Part shown: positions 21,519 to 32,536 of the stretch, piece by piece
Numbering within the stretch: position 1 is the stretch's first letter
Layout of the letters: the number at the start of each line of letters is the position of its first letter
Notes under the pieces: model-generated
What the model was told of the DNA's origin: nothing
The model's database searches: none
Seen by the model: the letters and a program-made list of their open reading frames with translations, nothing else
Assembly: GCA_030167865.1 (NCBI GenBank)
Contig: JALAGF010005753.1
Coordinates: 1-39,503 of the forward strand
Direction of reading: 5' to 3'
Origin: Craspedostauros australis
Taxonomy: Eukaryota
Length of the DNA stretch: 39,503 bases
Translations under genes and position numbers: made by a program

Positions 21519-24500
21519 TCAACACTGCTTGCATTCGGGAGGTCTCTCGTTCGCACCATGATGCTGCAGCCTCATTTCGAGAGCTGGGAAGACGTTGTCG
21601 TTTTCAATGTCGGCATCGTGCTCGTATTCGGTCGGCATGTAGACCCCGCCTCGTGGACTGTCGTTGCTGCGAGGTCGCACAGTCAATGCTGACGATGGGT
21701 CCATGTGGTGCATGTCCGCCACCGTCTTTTCCGATGCCACCCGAACAAGCTCAGTATTCACCGGGGATGCCGGGAGCTCCCGTCGCGCTCTTGAGATCTT
21801 GGCACTGCTGTTGTGGTTGTTGTTGGTGCTGTTATTGTGGGATGTCCATGGGAGGCCATTGGGAGAGCCAACTCGGGCAGAGGCTCTCGAAGCTCGTGGG
21901 CTCAGCTTCTGAATGGCCACCTGCGGAGCGACCTTGGCAGAGGAAAGCCCGTCTGGTCTGCCGTATGATTCCTGCGACGCTGTGGATCGGAAGGAGTTGG
22001 ATCGCGCGATCGTCGTCTTGTAGCTCGGCACGATGGCTCCTTCCATCGGCTCCGATTCATGAAGAGTCGTGTCCCAGTCATCGGCCGTCTGCGTCGTCAT
22101 CAGGAGGGCTTGGTGGTGTGGTGACGAATCGGGCATCAGCATGTCATGTCCATATCCTTGCCTATTTCCATGTCCATGCGGGCTGCGATGTTGGTGATGT
22201 TCTGATACTGGAACTAGCGACCGGTTGTTGCTGAGAGGAGCGTGGTGCTGCAAGCGTTCGATCTGGAGCTGCAGGGAGGTCATCTCCTGCTTCAAGTCGG
22301 CATTCTCAATGTCAAGATCCCACGCTCGCTTCTCGGCCTTGCGGATATCTGTGACTGCCGCCGAATGCTTCATCACGAGCTCGCGCTTCTCATCACTCAG
22401 CGCATCGATGGTCTCCTCGTACTCGGTACGGAGCTGCACCAAGGTGGATGAGTTCATCGCGTTGCGGGAGTAGCTTTGGTCGAGATCATTTGCCTCCTCA
22501 CCGATGGATGCGAGGCCGTCGTTGCCGAAGTACGCGCGCCCGTACTCGCCCGATGCATTCTGATTGCGCAGCCTCTGCTTGAGCTCCGCAATCTCGTCAA
22601 GGGCGTCCTTCAACTCCTTGTGGATCACCTCCACCTGCGATTGCATGGTGTCCGAGCTCCCGAAGCGTCCCCCGATCTGCCTGCGGTACCGCTCATTCTC
22701 CTCCTTCAGCTTCGCCTTCTCCCGTTCGATCTCCTGGATCGTGTCCTGCAGCTCATCGTTGTCGTTGTTGAGCGCATTGATGCGGGATGCTGAGAACTGG
22801 AACTTTTTCTTGTACTCGGCCACCTTGGTCTTGTAGGCTTCTGCGATGGTGTCCCGTTCGCCTTCCACCGTTTCGAACTTCTCCTCCAGCTGCGCAATGG
22901 CATCTTCCATGGCGTTGACGTCCTCCTCCGCGTTCATCTGGATCTTGGAGATCATCTCCTTGCCCTTGGCCACCAGCACGTCCTTCTCCCCCTTCAGCTT
23001 GGCCTCCACCTGCCTCATCATCTGCATGAGTTCGTTGCGCACTTCAGTGATCTCGGCATTCTTCTCCGCCACGATCTTCTCCACCTCCAACGCCGCTGTC
23101 TTCTTGAGCTCGGCCAGATTGTCGGATGCCTCCTCCTGGAGCTTCTCGATCTCGATCTGTCGCAGCTCGGCTTCGAATCGCTTCGCCTTCCTCTCATCTT
23201 CGAGGAGAAGGTTCATGTTTTTGCGCAGTTCCTCAAGCTCCTTCTGGGCCTTGCCATTCAGCACGTCTCGCGTTGCATCGAGAGAACTGGCGCATTCCGC
23301 GAGCGACTCCTCGTGGATCTTCTTGCTTTGGAGGAGCTCGTTCTTGAGCAAGCTGAGCTCGTTCTGCAGCTTCGTCGTCTCGTGCTTCATCATCTTCTCC
23401 TTGTGTTGCGACGATCCCAGCGACAGCTGAACTTCGTGCAGCTGCTCTTGCGCCTTGAACAGGCTCTTCTTCAGCATTTCGCAGTCCGTGCTCTGCGCAG
23501 CGATCTTCTCCTCGAGCTGTCTGCGCAACGTCGCCTGCTGTTCCTTGGCTTGGACAGTGAGTTCTTCCTTCGCCGTCTGCAGCTTCACCTCGGCCTCTTG
23601 GGCGATCTCCTCGCTCTGGGTAGTCTTGAGCTCGAGGGTGCTCTCCATCTCGGAGATGATCATCTCCGCGTTGGCGACCTCCCCCTTCAGCATCTCCTCG
23701 CCCTCTTGCGATGACTTGAGAGAAATCTGCGTGGAATTGAGGGCCTCGCGCGTGAGCATCAGCTCGTCCTGCAGCTTCTCGGTCAGCGCCTCCGACTTCA
23801 AGGCCTTGTCGGTCCAAGCCTCCAGCTCGCTGGACAGATACTGCCCTCTCTTCTCCAGCTCGTCCAGACGGTGATTCTTGCGGACGTTGTCATTCTCCAC
23901 CGTCTCCAGGCGCTCCTTCTTCACGGTGTTCTCGTTTTGGAGCATCTCCACCGTGGACTCAGCATTGATCGCTCTTTCCTGCCAGGTGTTGAGGTCGCTC
24001 TTCAATGCCGCAACCTCACTCTCCAGCTGATCCAGTTTGGAGACTGCAGTTTCCAGCTTCTCCTTCGTGGACTGCAGCAGCTCCATCCGCTGGCTCGAAA
24101 CGCTCTCGGCATCCTCGGCCCTGCCGGTCATGTCCGCCAGCTCGTCCTGCAGCGTGTTCGCCGTCACCTTCGTCTGCTCCAGCGCCGTCTCGGTGGTCGT
24201 CAGCGTCTTGGTCAGCTCCTCCACTTGATCGGAAAGCTCATCCGTCTTCTCATCGAGGCTGGTTGCCTTCTCGGTCATCTGGTGCAAATCGTGCTGCAGC
24301 TTCTTCTCCCGAGTCCGCGAGTCGCCCAGCTGGATGGCGCAAAGCTGGAGCTGGTCCGCCATCTCGTTGGCATGGCATTGCGCGTCCCGAGCCTCCTCAG
24401 TCCATTGCTCCACCTCCTTCTTGAGCGTGTCCTCGCGCTTTTGCGATTTCTGCAGATCGTCTGACCTCTTTTGCAGCATCTTGGTCGTCTCGGTGAGATC

Positions 24501-27151
24501 CGACTGCGCCTGCAACGCGCTTTGGGTCGATTCGGCGAGGTGCTCCTCGAGGCCGCGATTCTTGCTCTTCATCACGATCACTTCCTTCTTGCGGTCCTTG
24601 AGCTTGTTGGAGAGGTCGTCGGCGCGTGCCTGGTTCTGCTTGGATTGGTCCATCCATTCATCGAGCTCTTGCTTCAGGTTGGCCTCTCGGTGCTCGGCGT
24701 TGGTCAGGCTGCTTTGCGTGTCGGCGAGCTCCTGCTCCAAGTTGCGACTCTTCTTCTCGGCGTCGCTGAGCTGGGTACGCACACCCTCTAGCGTTCGCCG
24801 CAGGCCATTGCGCTCGGTCGTCATCTTGTCAAGCTGCTCCGTAGTGTCCTCGAGCTGTCCCTTGGTATTGAGGTACTGGCTCTTGAATCGATCGCACAGG
24901 CGCTGCGAGTCCTCGATGTCCTGCTCGATGCGTTCGACCGCATCGGCGGATCGCTTCGCCTTGAACTCGCGTAGAACGCCGTTCTCGTTGCGAAGGCGCA
25001 GCACCTCAGCCTTCAGCTCCGGGTTGAGCTCGCTGATGCCATCTCCGACACCTAGAGCGTTCTGCGAATCAGCGTTCTCGTCTTGGCTCATGCGCTTTTG
25101 CAACTCATGGATTTCCTCGTTCTGCGTCGACGATCCCACCTGCAGGTCCTGATACTTCTTCAGCAGCTCCTGTTTCTCGTGCTGGAGCTTCCGGACCAGG
25201 TCCTCGCTCTCCGCCAGTTGGAACTCCGTGTCGGTCGCTCTGGACTTGTACTGCTCGAGCTGATGCTTCAGCGGTTGCAGCATCTTGAGCTCGTTGTCAA
25301 GACGCAGGCATTCCTCCACGGATCTGCTGTGGGCCTCCTCCTCGCGCTCCAAGGCCTCCTTGACATCCGTGAGCTGCTGCAGCCGTTCTTTGTACTGGCG
25401 CAGTCGCTCCGTCGCATCGGCCAGCATGTCCTTGGTGTGCGACATGACGTCCATCTCGTCCTTCATGCCTGCCAGCTCTTTGCTCTCCTTCTCCAGCTTG
25501 TCTCGATCGTGAGTGACCTGCTGCAGCTTCTTCTGCAGTTCGCCAATCTCACTCTCCATAACGTCCCTGGATTCGTCGAACCTCAATCTCGCATCACGCT
25601 CCGCCTTCATGAACTTTTGGCGTGCGCTGGCCTGCGTCTCATCCAGCATGGCAGCCAGCTCCTGCTCTCGCTTTTCACTCCTCGCAAGCTTCTGCTCGAG
25701 CTGCTCTGACTGTTCACGCAGCTCTCGCACCATGCGATCGTATTCGATGGAATCGCCGAAACCGGGTGTCTCCGGCGTCTGATGCTTGCGTGATTGCGCG
25801 AACGAGTCTGGTCGGGTGTTGGCGACGGAGTTTGATTCGACGTTGCGTGGTGTGGAGAACAGGACCTTGCCTGCCACTCTGCCATCGTCGTGCTCTGGCG
25901 TGGAGTGACTGCCGCCGCTGCTTCTGGTTCCTCTCGCTGTCGATGATGCCGATGTCAGCGCTGACCTCGCTGTCCCCGTTCCGGCATGGAGTTGGGAGCG
26001 GTGAGAATTGCGGACCGTTTGAGGCGTCTCCTTGAAATCTAACCGTTTGCGGCTGTTGCCGTCGCCGCCCAAGCTGCCTCGATTTCGGCGCCCCGTGGCA
26101 GGCGTTGGATGTGGCGGAGCAGTGCCTTCATCCGTCGCCTGTCGTCGAGGTGATGACACCATCATCTGCGAGCGCTTTCTCTGCTGCGTCGCCGGTTGCT
26201 GTTGCTGCTGACGCAATTTCTGATGGGATTGCTGGGATTGCTTCTTCGGCGTCTTCCTCGTGGCCTTGCGTCGCTCGATGATGGCCATCAGCGCTCGTTG
26301 ATTGGCAGCTGGAAGGGCCATGATGCGCTGGATGTACGTCTTGCGCTTGTCGAGGTTCTTGTGCGACACGGCTCCATCAAGCAGGTTGCCTATGGCAAGC
26401 TGTTGCGTTCTGTGCTTCAGGCTGGGTTTCTGCGGATCCGTGCCTGGTGACGGCGGTAGGACGAAGCTGCGTCGGCGTGTTGTTTTTGACTTGTACGTAA
26501 CGTTCAGGATGGAAGTCCACAGATCGCCATCGCGTCCTTGGTGGTTGGTCTGATGGGAGATGTCGTTGAGCTGCTCCGAGCTGTCGCCACAAATCTCCTT
26601 CACCACATCCAGTATTGCCCTGGAAGGAAGATGGGAGAAAATGGGAGAATTGAAATTGGAGTGGTGCCATGATGTGGCATCGTGTGGCATCGTGTGGCGC
26701 GCCGTGTGGTACGGACACGTTATGAAGGAGAGTACGTATTTCATGACAGAAGAAGGATACGAAGTGAGGAGGCAATGTGAGAAATGATCGTAGATCGTCT
26801 GGCATGTGGAGCTATCCTTCATGTCGGCCGGGTATGCATATTGCTACAATGCACTTGCGCAGTCGCTAGTGTACCATAGTAGCAATAGTATGAGTATGAT
26901 CACAGAACGGATGAGCAGCATGCCCTTCATCACAATGTGATGTTCACGTGGCAAGGAGAATTTCACGATTTTGCAAGCACGTACCGGTTCATTGCATGAT
27001 CTTTCCGTTGGAGATGGTTTGCGCCCATTGCGTTGTCGACGTGGTGGGTATTCTCCTTGTCATCTAAAGACGATAGCGCACCCTGAATCTGCGGGAACGT
27101 GTTGAACCACGCCTTCAGCACACTGAACTCGGCGTCATCCATCTGGCTCAT
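21519..27151 (-). CDS. Hook-domain-like giant coiled-coil protein, ~1755 aa (exons 27151-26985, 26619-21519)
   Basis: Exon 1 LKAWFNTFP and exon 2 LLDGAV...KTYIQRIMALPAANQRALMAIIE resemble the Hook (CH-like) domain. ELNPELKAEVLRLRNEN resembles the Hook-family EL.P....RL..EN segment. More than 1100 aa of heptad-rich coiled coil; ends PECKQC. Junction CG|GTACGT...TTCCAG|G is in frame. Confidence 0.85.
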
Positions 27152-27235
27152 CTTGCTGTGGCGTGCCCTTGTCTCCGCGTACCAGTAGGGTATTTCGAGA
27201 TTGGGATTGCTGCCGACGCTGTTGCTCTGTTTCTC

Positions 27236-27261
27236 GCTGCTGCTGCTGCTGCTGCTGCTGC
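27236..27261. repeat. (GCT)8 microsatellite in the presumed 5' UTR of the Hook-like gene
   Basis: Directly visible trinucleotide run. Confidence 0.9.
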
Positions 27262-29498
27262 AATTGGTGCTGTTGTGGTGGCCAATGCGCTGCTATTGAA
27301 CTGCTCAATCAACGATGGAATCCCAATGTCTCTCGATTGCGTGACTTTGTGGAAGCTGTCGCCTTCGATTGTTTCATTGATGACGGCAGTGCCGATGAGA
27401 GTGACGATATCCAATAATGACGATGATGTCTGAGAATTGACGTTCTTCTGTCTCTGTCGCTCTCTTGGGAGCGCTGTGTTCTTGTTGAAGCGTTCTGGTT
27501 GGCTTCGTGCCAGTACTCTTGTGGCGAGCAAGTTTGGCTCGAACAACTGTTTTCAATGGCTTCGATTGAGTGTGTCTGCGCTTGGAGTGAGTGCGGCCAC
27601 GCATCATCCCAATAATACTTGCTTCTTCGAACACAACACAAGCACACCCATCCATTATCAACCATGATGAGCCGCCATCAACCACCACCATCGTCACCTC
27701 ACGAATGTCGTTGGTGTGTTTGCAGTTTGTGGACAAGAGACAGAACCGAAACGTTCAAATGCTATTTCTCAAACGGCTAGTTGTGACATCGTTATATACA
27801 AACCGTCATTCACGAAGAGAATTCAACGATAGGGACACTCGTCACTCAGACTGTATGGGACTAAATGTTGATGAGTCCGTCTAGTCAAAACCGTCATCTC
27901 TTGTGGAGAACATTCGAAGTCAAACGCGTCCGGGACCAGCGAAACCGGGTATCTTCATCGCTTCTTTGCGTTCTCTTCAACGTGGATTGATATTTCTCGG
28001 GCTGGCCAATCAGCCAACCAAACTGAGAGACCAGCTTGGGAAGGGCCCTTGAGGCATAGAGGACTTCATGCAGTTCCCATCAAGACACTTCCATCAATTG
28101 CTGGTTGACCCTGATGGCGAACAAACCTAGACGCGAACTCAGCATCCATCGTTGACGGAAGGACGCGCGCTTGACGCGTCTTCTTTGGAGTTTTGGCCAG
28201 CTGATGGTTATTCCTCGTCATGTTCGGAGGAATACAACAAGTGCTTCCATGGCAATCAGAAGTTGTTCTATCTTCCTGTGACGCGTTGTGTATTGTCATT
28301 TTACGGATTGCAATTGCCTGCACTGTTGTCAATACCGAGCTTCTTCTGCGCGAGTACAGCTCGGTACTGTAGCAGAGGGTTCAATTCCGCAACAACAGTT
28401 GTATCATCGAGAGTGCATGTGCAAACGAGCACGAGTTCTCTATTTTTCTGTGGGGAGGGAGCGTCAACAAGAGGCTTGGCAGCAAGGCAGTATGGGCGCG
28501 AGTGCAAGAAGGCACCACGAATCGAAAACATTGTCAAGACCATGAGAAGGACAAGCAGACTAAATGTGCGGAGAAATGCGTGCGTTTTTGCAGTATAGCC
28601 GGATACGCCCTCCACGTTATTTTTCGTCATCGATAGATTGGCGCGGAACAAAGGCAAAAACGCAACGTGTGAATGATGTTGGTGCCCCACCAACGAAGAA
28701 CAGAAAAGAACTGAATGAGCCTCTCCTTCTCGCATTTTCATTGATGGAGGTGCCGTCGTTGTCCCTTGGTGCGAATGGAGTCGAGAGAATCTTGTTTGGG
28801 CCTACAATCGCGGAGTCCCGGTCACGTTTTGGAATCGACCTTGCTTCTCGCACACGCAATAACACGCATAGTCCGCTTTAGGTCGTGGGAAAGCGTCACT
28901 TGTACTACTACTATGCGTTCCTTCTCATCTCTGTTTTGCCAGGGAGGAAGGAGCGTCACGACCAGCTGCCCGAAAAAGCTCGGTACGGAACACGACAAAA
29001 CGCCGCCGAGAAGTGAATGCACTTTTGGGGGAAGCTTTGTCCTCTTTTTGGGAACCATCAAAGTTCATCACCGTTTCCGCCTCCGCGAAAGTGGTTGTTG
29101 TCACAGTGAGCACCTTGCCACACACACAAACGACTTCTCGCATCCGCCATCCACCGCGCCAAAGCCGCACCGATCTGTCCATTTCCTCTGTTTGCGGCTC
29201 TCTCGCTTCTCGCATCTCTCTGTCTCACTCTCTCCGCCTCTCCACTGTTGCTACCATACTTACTCTCCACATCAGTTGGCACACACTCATAACCGCACAA
29301 CAGCAGCAACAACGACAAACATCTCCCATTCGCAACACACACACACAGAGAGAGGCTCAACCAAGAAGGCTCAATCAACAGCACACAATTCGCAAACAGG
29401 ACAATCTGAACCGACCCGCCAACCCACCAAGCAACAAAGCAACAAAGTCAGAACGATACCCCGCATACCGCATACCACACCATCCACGACAGTTTACA

Positions 29499-30405
29499 AT
29501 GACGATGTCCCTTGAAACAGCCATGACAGCAACTACAGCGACAACAAGCGCAGCCCAAATGGCACAAAGCAGCACAAAGCGCAGCGACTGCGGCGCATAC
29601 CAACAGCAAAGGAAGGTCCGGTTCAACGATCAGCCCACCGTGAGCCTCGTCGAGTCTCTGCAAGATGCGCAAGAAAAAGAGGAGCGATGGTACACGGTAC
29701 GTGAAATTGCAGAGCGCGAATGTCTCCTTGGTCTGCCACCATGTCCGAAATCGGCACCCACCCGTATCGGCGATGTTTGGAACCCTCCTTGGCCAATGCC
29801 ATCACCACTATCATCATCAGTGCAGGCACCAGCACCAGGCAGCACTCTCCTGCGACACATGTTGTGCTGAATCACACGCTCATGTGCTCCACCTTCACTC
29901 ACGCCATCTCCGTCGTCTCTCCGCCATCTCGCCGTCACCACCATCATTGGCTACTCCCTCTCCTCAATTCCTCTTTGTCCGTCTTGCGCAGTCCCAGAAC
30001 CTGAAGGAAATTCGACAGGAATCATCACTGGCAGCTTCGTCATGTCCGAACTGCTGCAGACAGTCCGCGCGTGGCAACAACTGCAGAAGCCGCAGATTCA
30101 CAGCGTCACGATGCACATCAGCCTCCGGATCAGCATCGGAATGCCGCTGCCCTTGGTCGACAACGGCAAGGCAGCGCCAACGTGCGTTCGTGTCAAGCTT
30201 GCTGGCTCAGCAACGCGAACACAAGGAGATGGGAATCGATGATCCCAAAGGTCTCTTCCAGCTGTCGCGACGATGCAGCAAGATGACGAGGGAGCTGGCG
30301 CACAAGAAGGCAGTCAACGAGGCTGAGGAGGCGAAGAAGATCTCCATGGAGACGACGCGCGTGATCGACGACGTCCTGTCTCTCATGGAGGACATGGATT
30401 TGTAG
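29499..30405 (+). CDS. Small protein of unknown function with KVRF (RVxF-type) motif (~203 aa; exons 29499-29696, 29992-30405)
   Basis: Exon 1 ends RKVRFNDQPTV...EERWYT|GTACGT. Acceptor GCGCAG|TCC is in phase with a helical C-terminus RQRAFVSSLLAQQ...LSRRCSKMTRELAHKKAVNEAEEA. An alternative in-frame acceptor lies 6 nt downstream. Confidence 0.7.
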
Positions 30406-30732
30406 ATTGGATGTACGCACGTCCGTATCGTAGACGGGTATGCCATGCACCATCCACTGCACTGTCCTCTTGGCCGCAATGCCTTCCTCTTCCTGCTTCC
30501 CATACTTGCTCTACGAGCATAGACACATCATGCCACACACACTGCACAGTCAACAAATACAAACATAGAACGACCTCCATACACATAATGCCATACAGTT
30601 ACATAATATAATAAACCACACCATGCCATCTCTGCTGCGTTGCTGTGCTCCGTTGCGACGACAAACCTACAATCTCCTAGCCTCTCTCTCTCTCCACGGC
30701 ACTTGCAAGATCTACAGAGATTTAGCCACGTT

Positions 30733-31854
30733 TCATCCCCTCCTACTCCTTGCATCTGATTTTGAGTTGATCCATTTCACCATGTCATCCAGCACTTCGT
30801 CGCTGCCGTACCAGCTCCTCGAATTCTCTTTGTAGTCCTTGGTGCGTTCCGGGGCCACCAGCGCAGCTCCGAAGAGATCGGGCCATGCCGCGTGCGCCAC
30901 ATCCTTCAGCACCCAGCGTTCCACATTCTCGGCTTGAAGTCCGTGCGCGCTAAACAGCGGCGTCACGCCATCGCCATCGTAGCTGCTGCCATCGGAACCA
31001 TCGGGACAGCAGAATGAATACGAGTTCTTCGTCAGCGCGCCGCATTGCGGATCGCTGCCCAACACGCCCGTTCCGCCGATGGCCAACGCACGCACAGATC
31101 GAGGTAGCATGCCTTCATTGCACCACCGCACGCCCGAGAACGCGGGACCCGGCGCATTCGCCAACGGGCTGCCGAGCGTGATCAACGAATGCACGAACGC
31201 GTCGCCTCCGTACACCTTGCCGCCGTACGATCTCTGCGACAGGTACGCTTGGCTGATCCAGCCGCCGGCGGAATGGCCGATCAAGATGATCTTCTTGCCG
31301 TGCGCCGGCGATGGCGTTGGCACGTTGAACGTCACACGCGGTTCCACGGCGGGATAATCCTCCACCTCGTACGATCCTCCGACCTTGAGGACGCCGCCGG
31401 GATTGTTGAAGAAATCGACGGCGATGTCCTGCAGCGAGTAATTCACGACGTCCTGGTCATCGCCTTCCTGCATCGTCATGCAATTCACATCGCCATCGCT
31501 TGCCGCCAATTGCCGCACTGCGAAATCGACCCGTTCCAGGATCGGCCTCGCCGATCGTCCGCCCAAACATGGGATCCAATCCCACACCGTCATGGGTATC
31601 GTAACGGTGGGAATCCCCCGATCCGTCAGACCCTGCCTCATGCTCTCAAAGTCGCTGGCCCCCGTCAAGAATCCTGGCACGATGACGGCCGCATCGATCC
31701 GCTTCGTCGATGCTGCGTTGTCGGATCGACCACCTTGGCTTCCGCCGCCTTTGTTGGAAAAGAGATTGGCGAAAGAGAATGCGTGGCTGCTTTCGATGAT
31801 GCAGATGCAGATGGCAAGCATGAGGAATGACGTGATCGTGGACATCGTCATCAT
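30733..31854 (-). CDS. Alpha/beta-hydrolase (lipase/PGAP1-like), probably plastid-targeted, ~373 aa
   Basis: Oxyanion VIVPGFL, nucleophile elbow LIGHSAGG, LITLGSP, DGDGVTP and a late His (VAH). Signal peptide followed by SHA-FSF resembles the diatom ASAFAP-type bipartite motif. Confidence 0.88.
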   Translation of the reverse strand: MMTMSTITSFLMLAICICIIESSHAFSFANLFSNKGGGSQGGRSDNAASTKRIDAAVIVPGFLTGASDFESMRQGLTDRGIPTVTIPMTVWDWIPCLGGRSARPILERVDFAVRQLAASDGDVNCMTMQEGDDQDVVNYSLQDIAVDFFNNPGGVLKVGGSYEVEDYPAVEPRVTFNVPTPSPAHGKKIILIGHSAGGWISQAYLSQRSYGGKVYGGDAFVHSLITLGSPLANAPGPAFSGVRWCNEGMLPRSVRALAIGGTGVLGSDPQCGALTKNSYSFCCPDGSDGSSYDGDGVTPLFSAHGLQAENVERWVLKDVAHAAWPDLFGAALVAPERTKDYKENSRSWYGSDEVLDDMVKWINSKSDARSRRG

Positions 31855-32536
31855 TGTGTGGCCGACTCTTCCATCCACCACGACAGAGGCAGTGAGAGAG
31901 GGAGAGGGAGAGTGGATTGGATTGGGAAAGGGGACCACACAGAGGTGCGGGTACTGTCTCGCACTCCTCTATTCGCACTTGTCGTCGTACTCGCTCGTAC
32001 TCGTACTTGTGTGTCTCAATCAATCGGACACGTTGTGAGGTAAAGCGGCACCCGAAGGAATACACCACTACTTTGCATCCATTACTTGTGCTTGTTGCCT
32101 GTTGCCTGTTGCTTGTTGATGTTGCTGGTGGCAATGTGTCTGCGTCACACGGTTGCGTCATGTGGTGTGATGTTGTGTTTGCGTCAGTTTTGTGACGGTG
32201 GTGACATCAACCAGTTCAAATCCGCAATCCAGTCACGATAGGGACTTACGTATCATCAACAGACACCATTGTTTATAGTGATTTATTTTACCGTATACCC
32301 CATGAATTGTGACGACGAAAATGCATCTTTTCAACCGATAAATGACCATTTTTCGCATTTCAACAACAAGACGCCTACTCAAGTTTGGTGACAACCCACC
32401 ATGAGACTGCTTTGTGGTATACTATTATAATATATTATACCAGAGTATGCTCCAATGTGAATGTGTAAATGCGATCGAGCGTCGGGATCCTATGCGCTCT
32501 TGTAAAACTGATAGCAACCAGCATGTACGCGAGAAT

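Noticed and set aside
21455..26805. Numerous overlapping ORFs on both strands
   Set aside because: Antisense or alternate-frame shadows of the GC-rich coiled-coil gene, with no independent motifs.
27148..27546. Upstream ORF whose TGA overlaps the Hook-like ATG
   Set aside because: Starts at a non-ATG codon and is largely microsatellite-derived low complexity.
28066..28741. Possible pseudogene of a membrane-anchored protein (hydrophobic FSLLVLLMVLTMFSI)
   Set aside because: No recognisable family motif, and the frames are short and broken.
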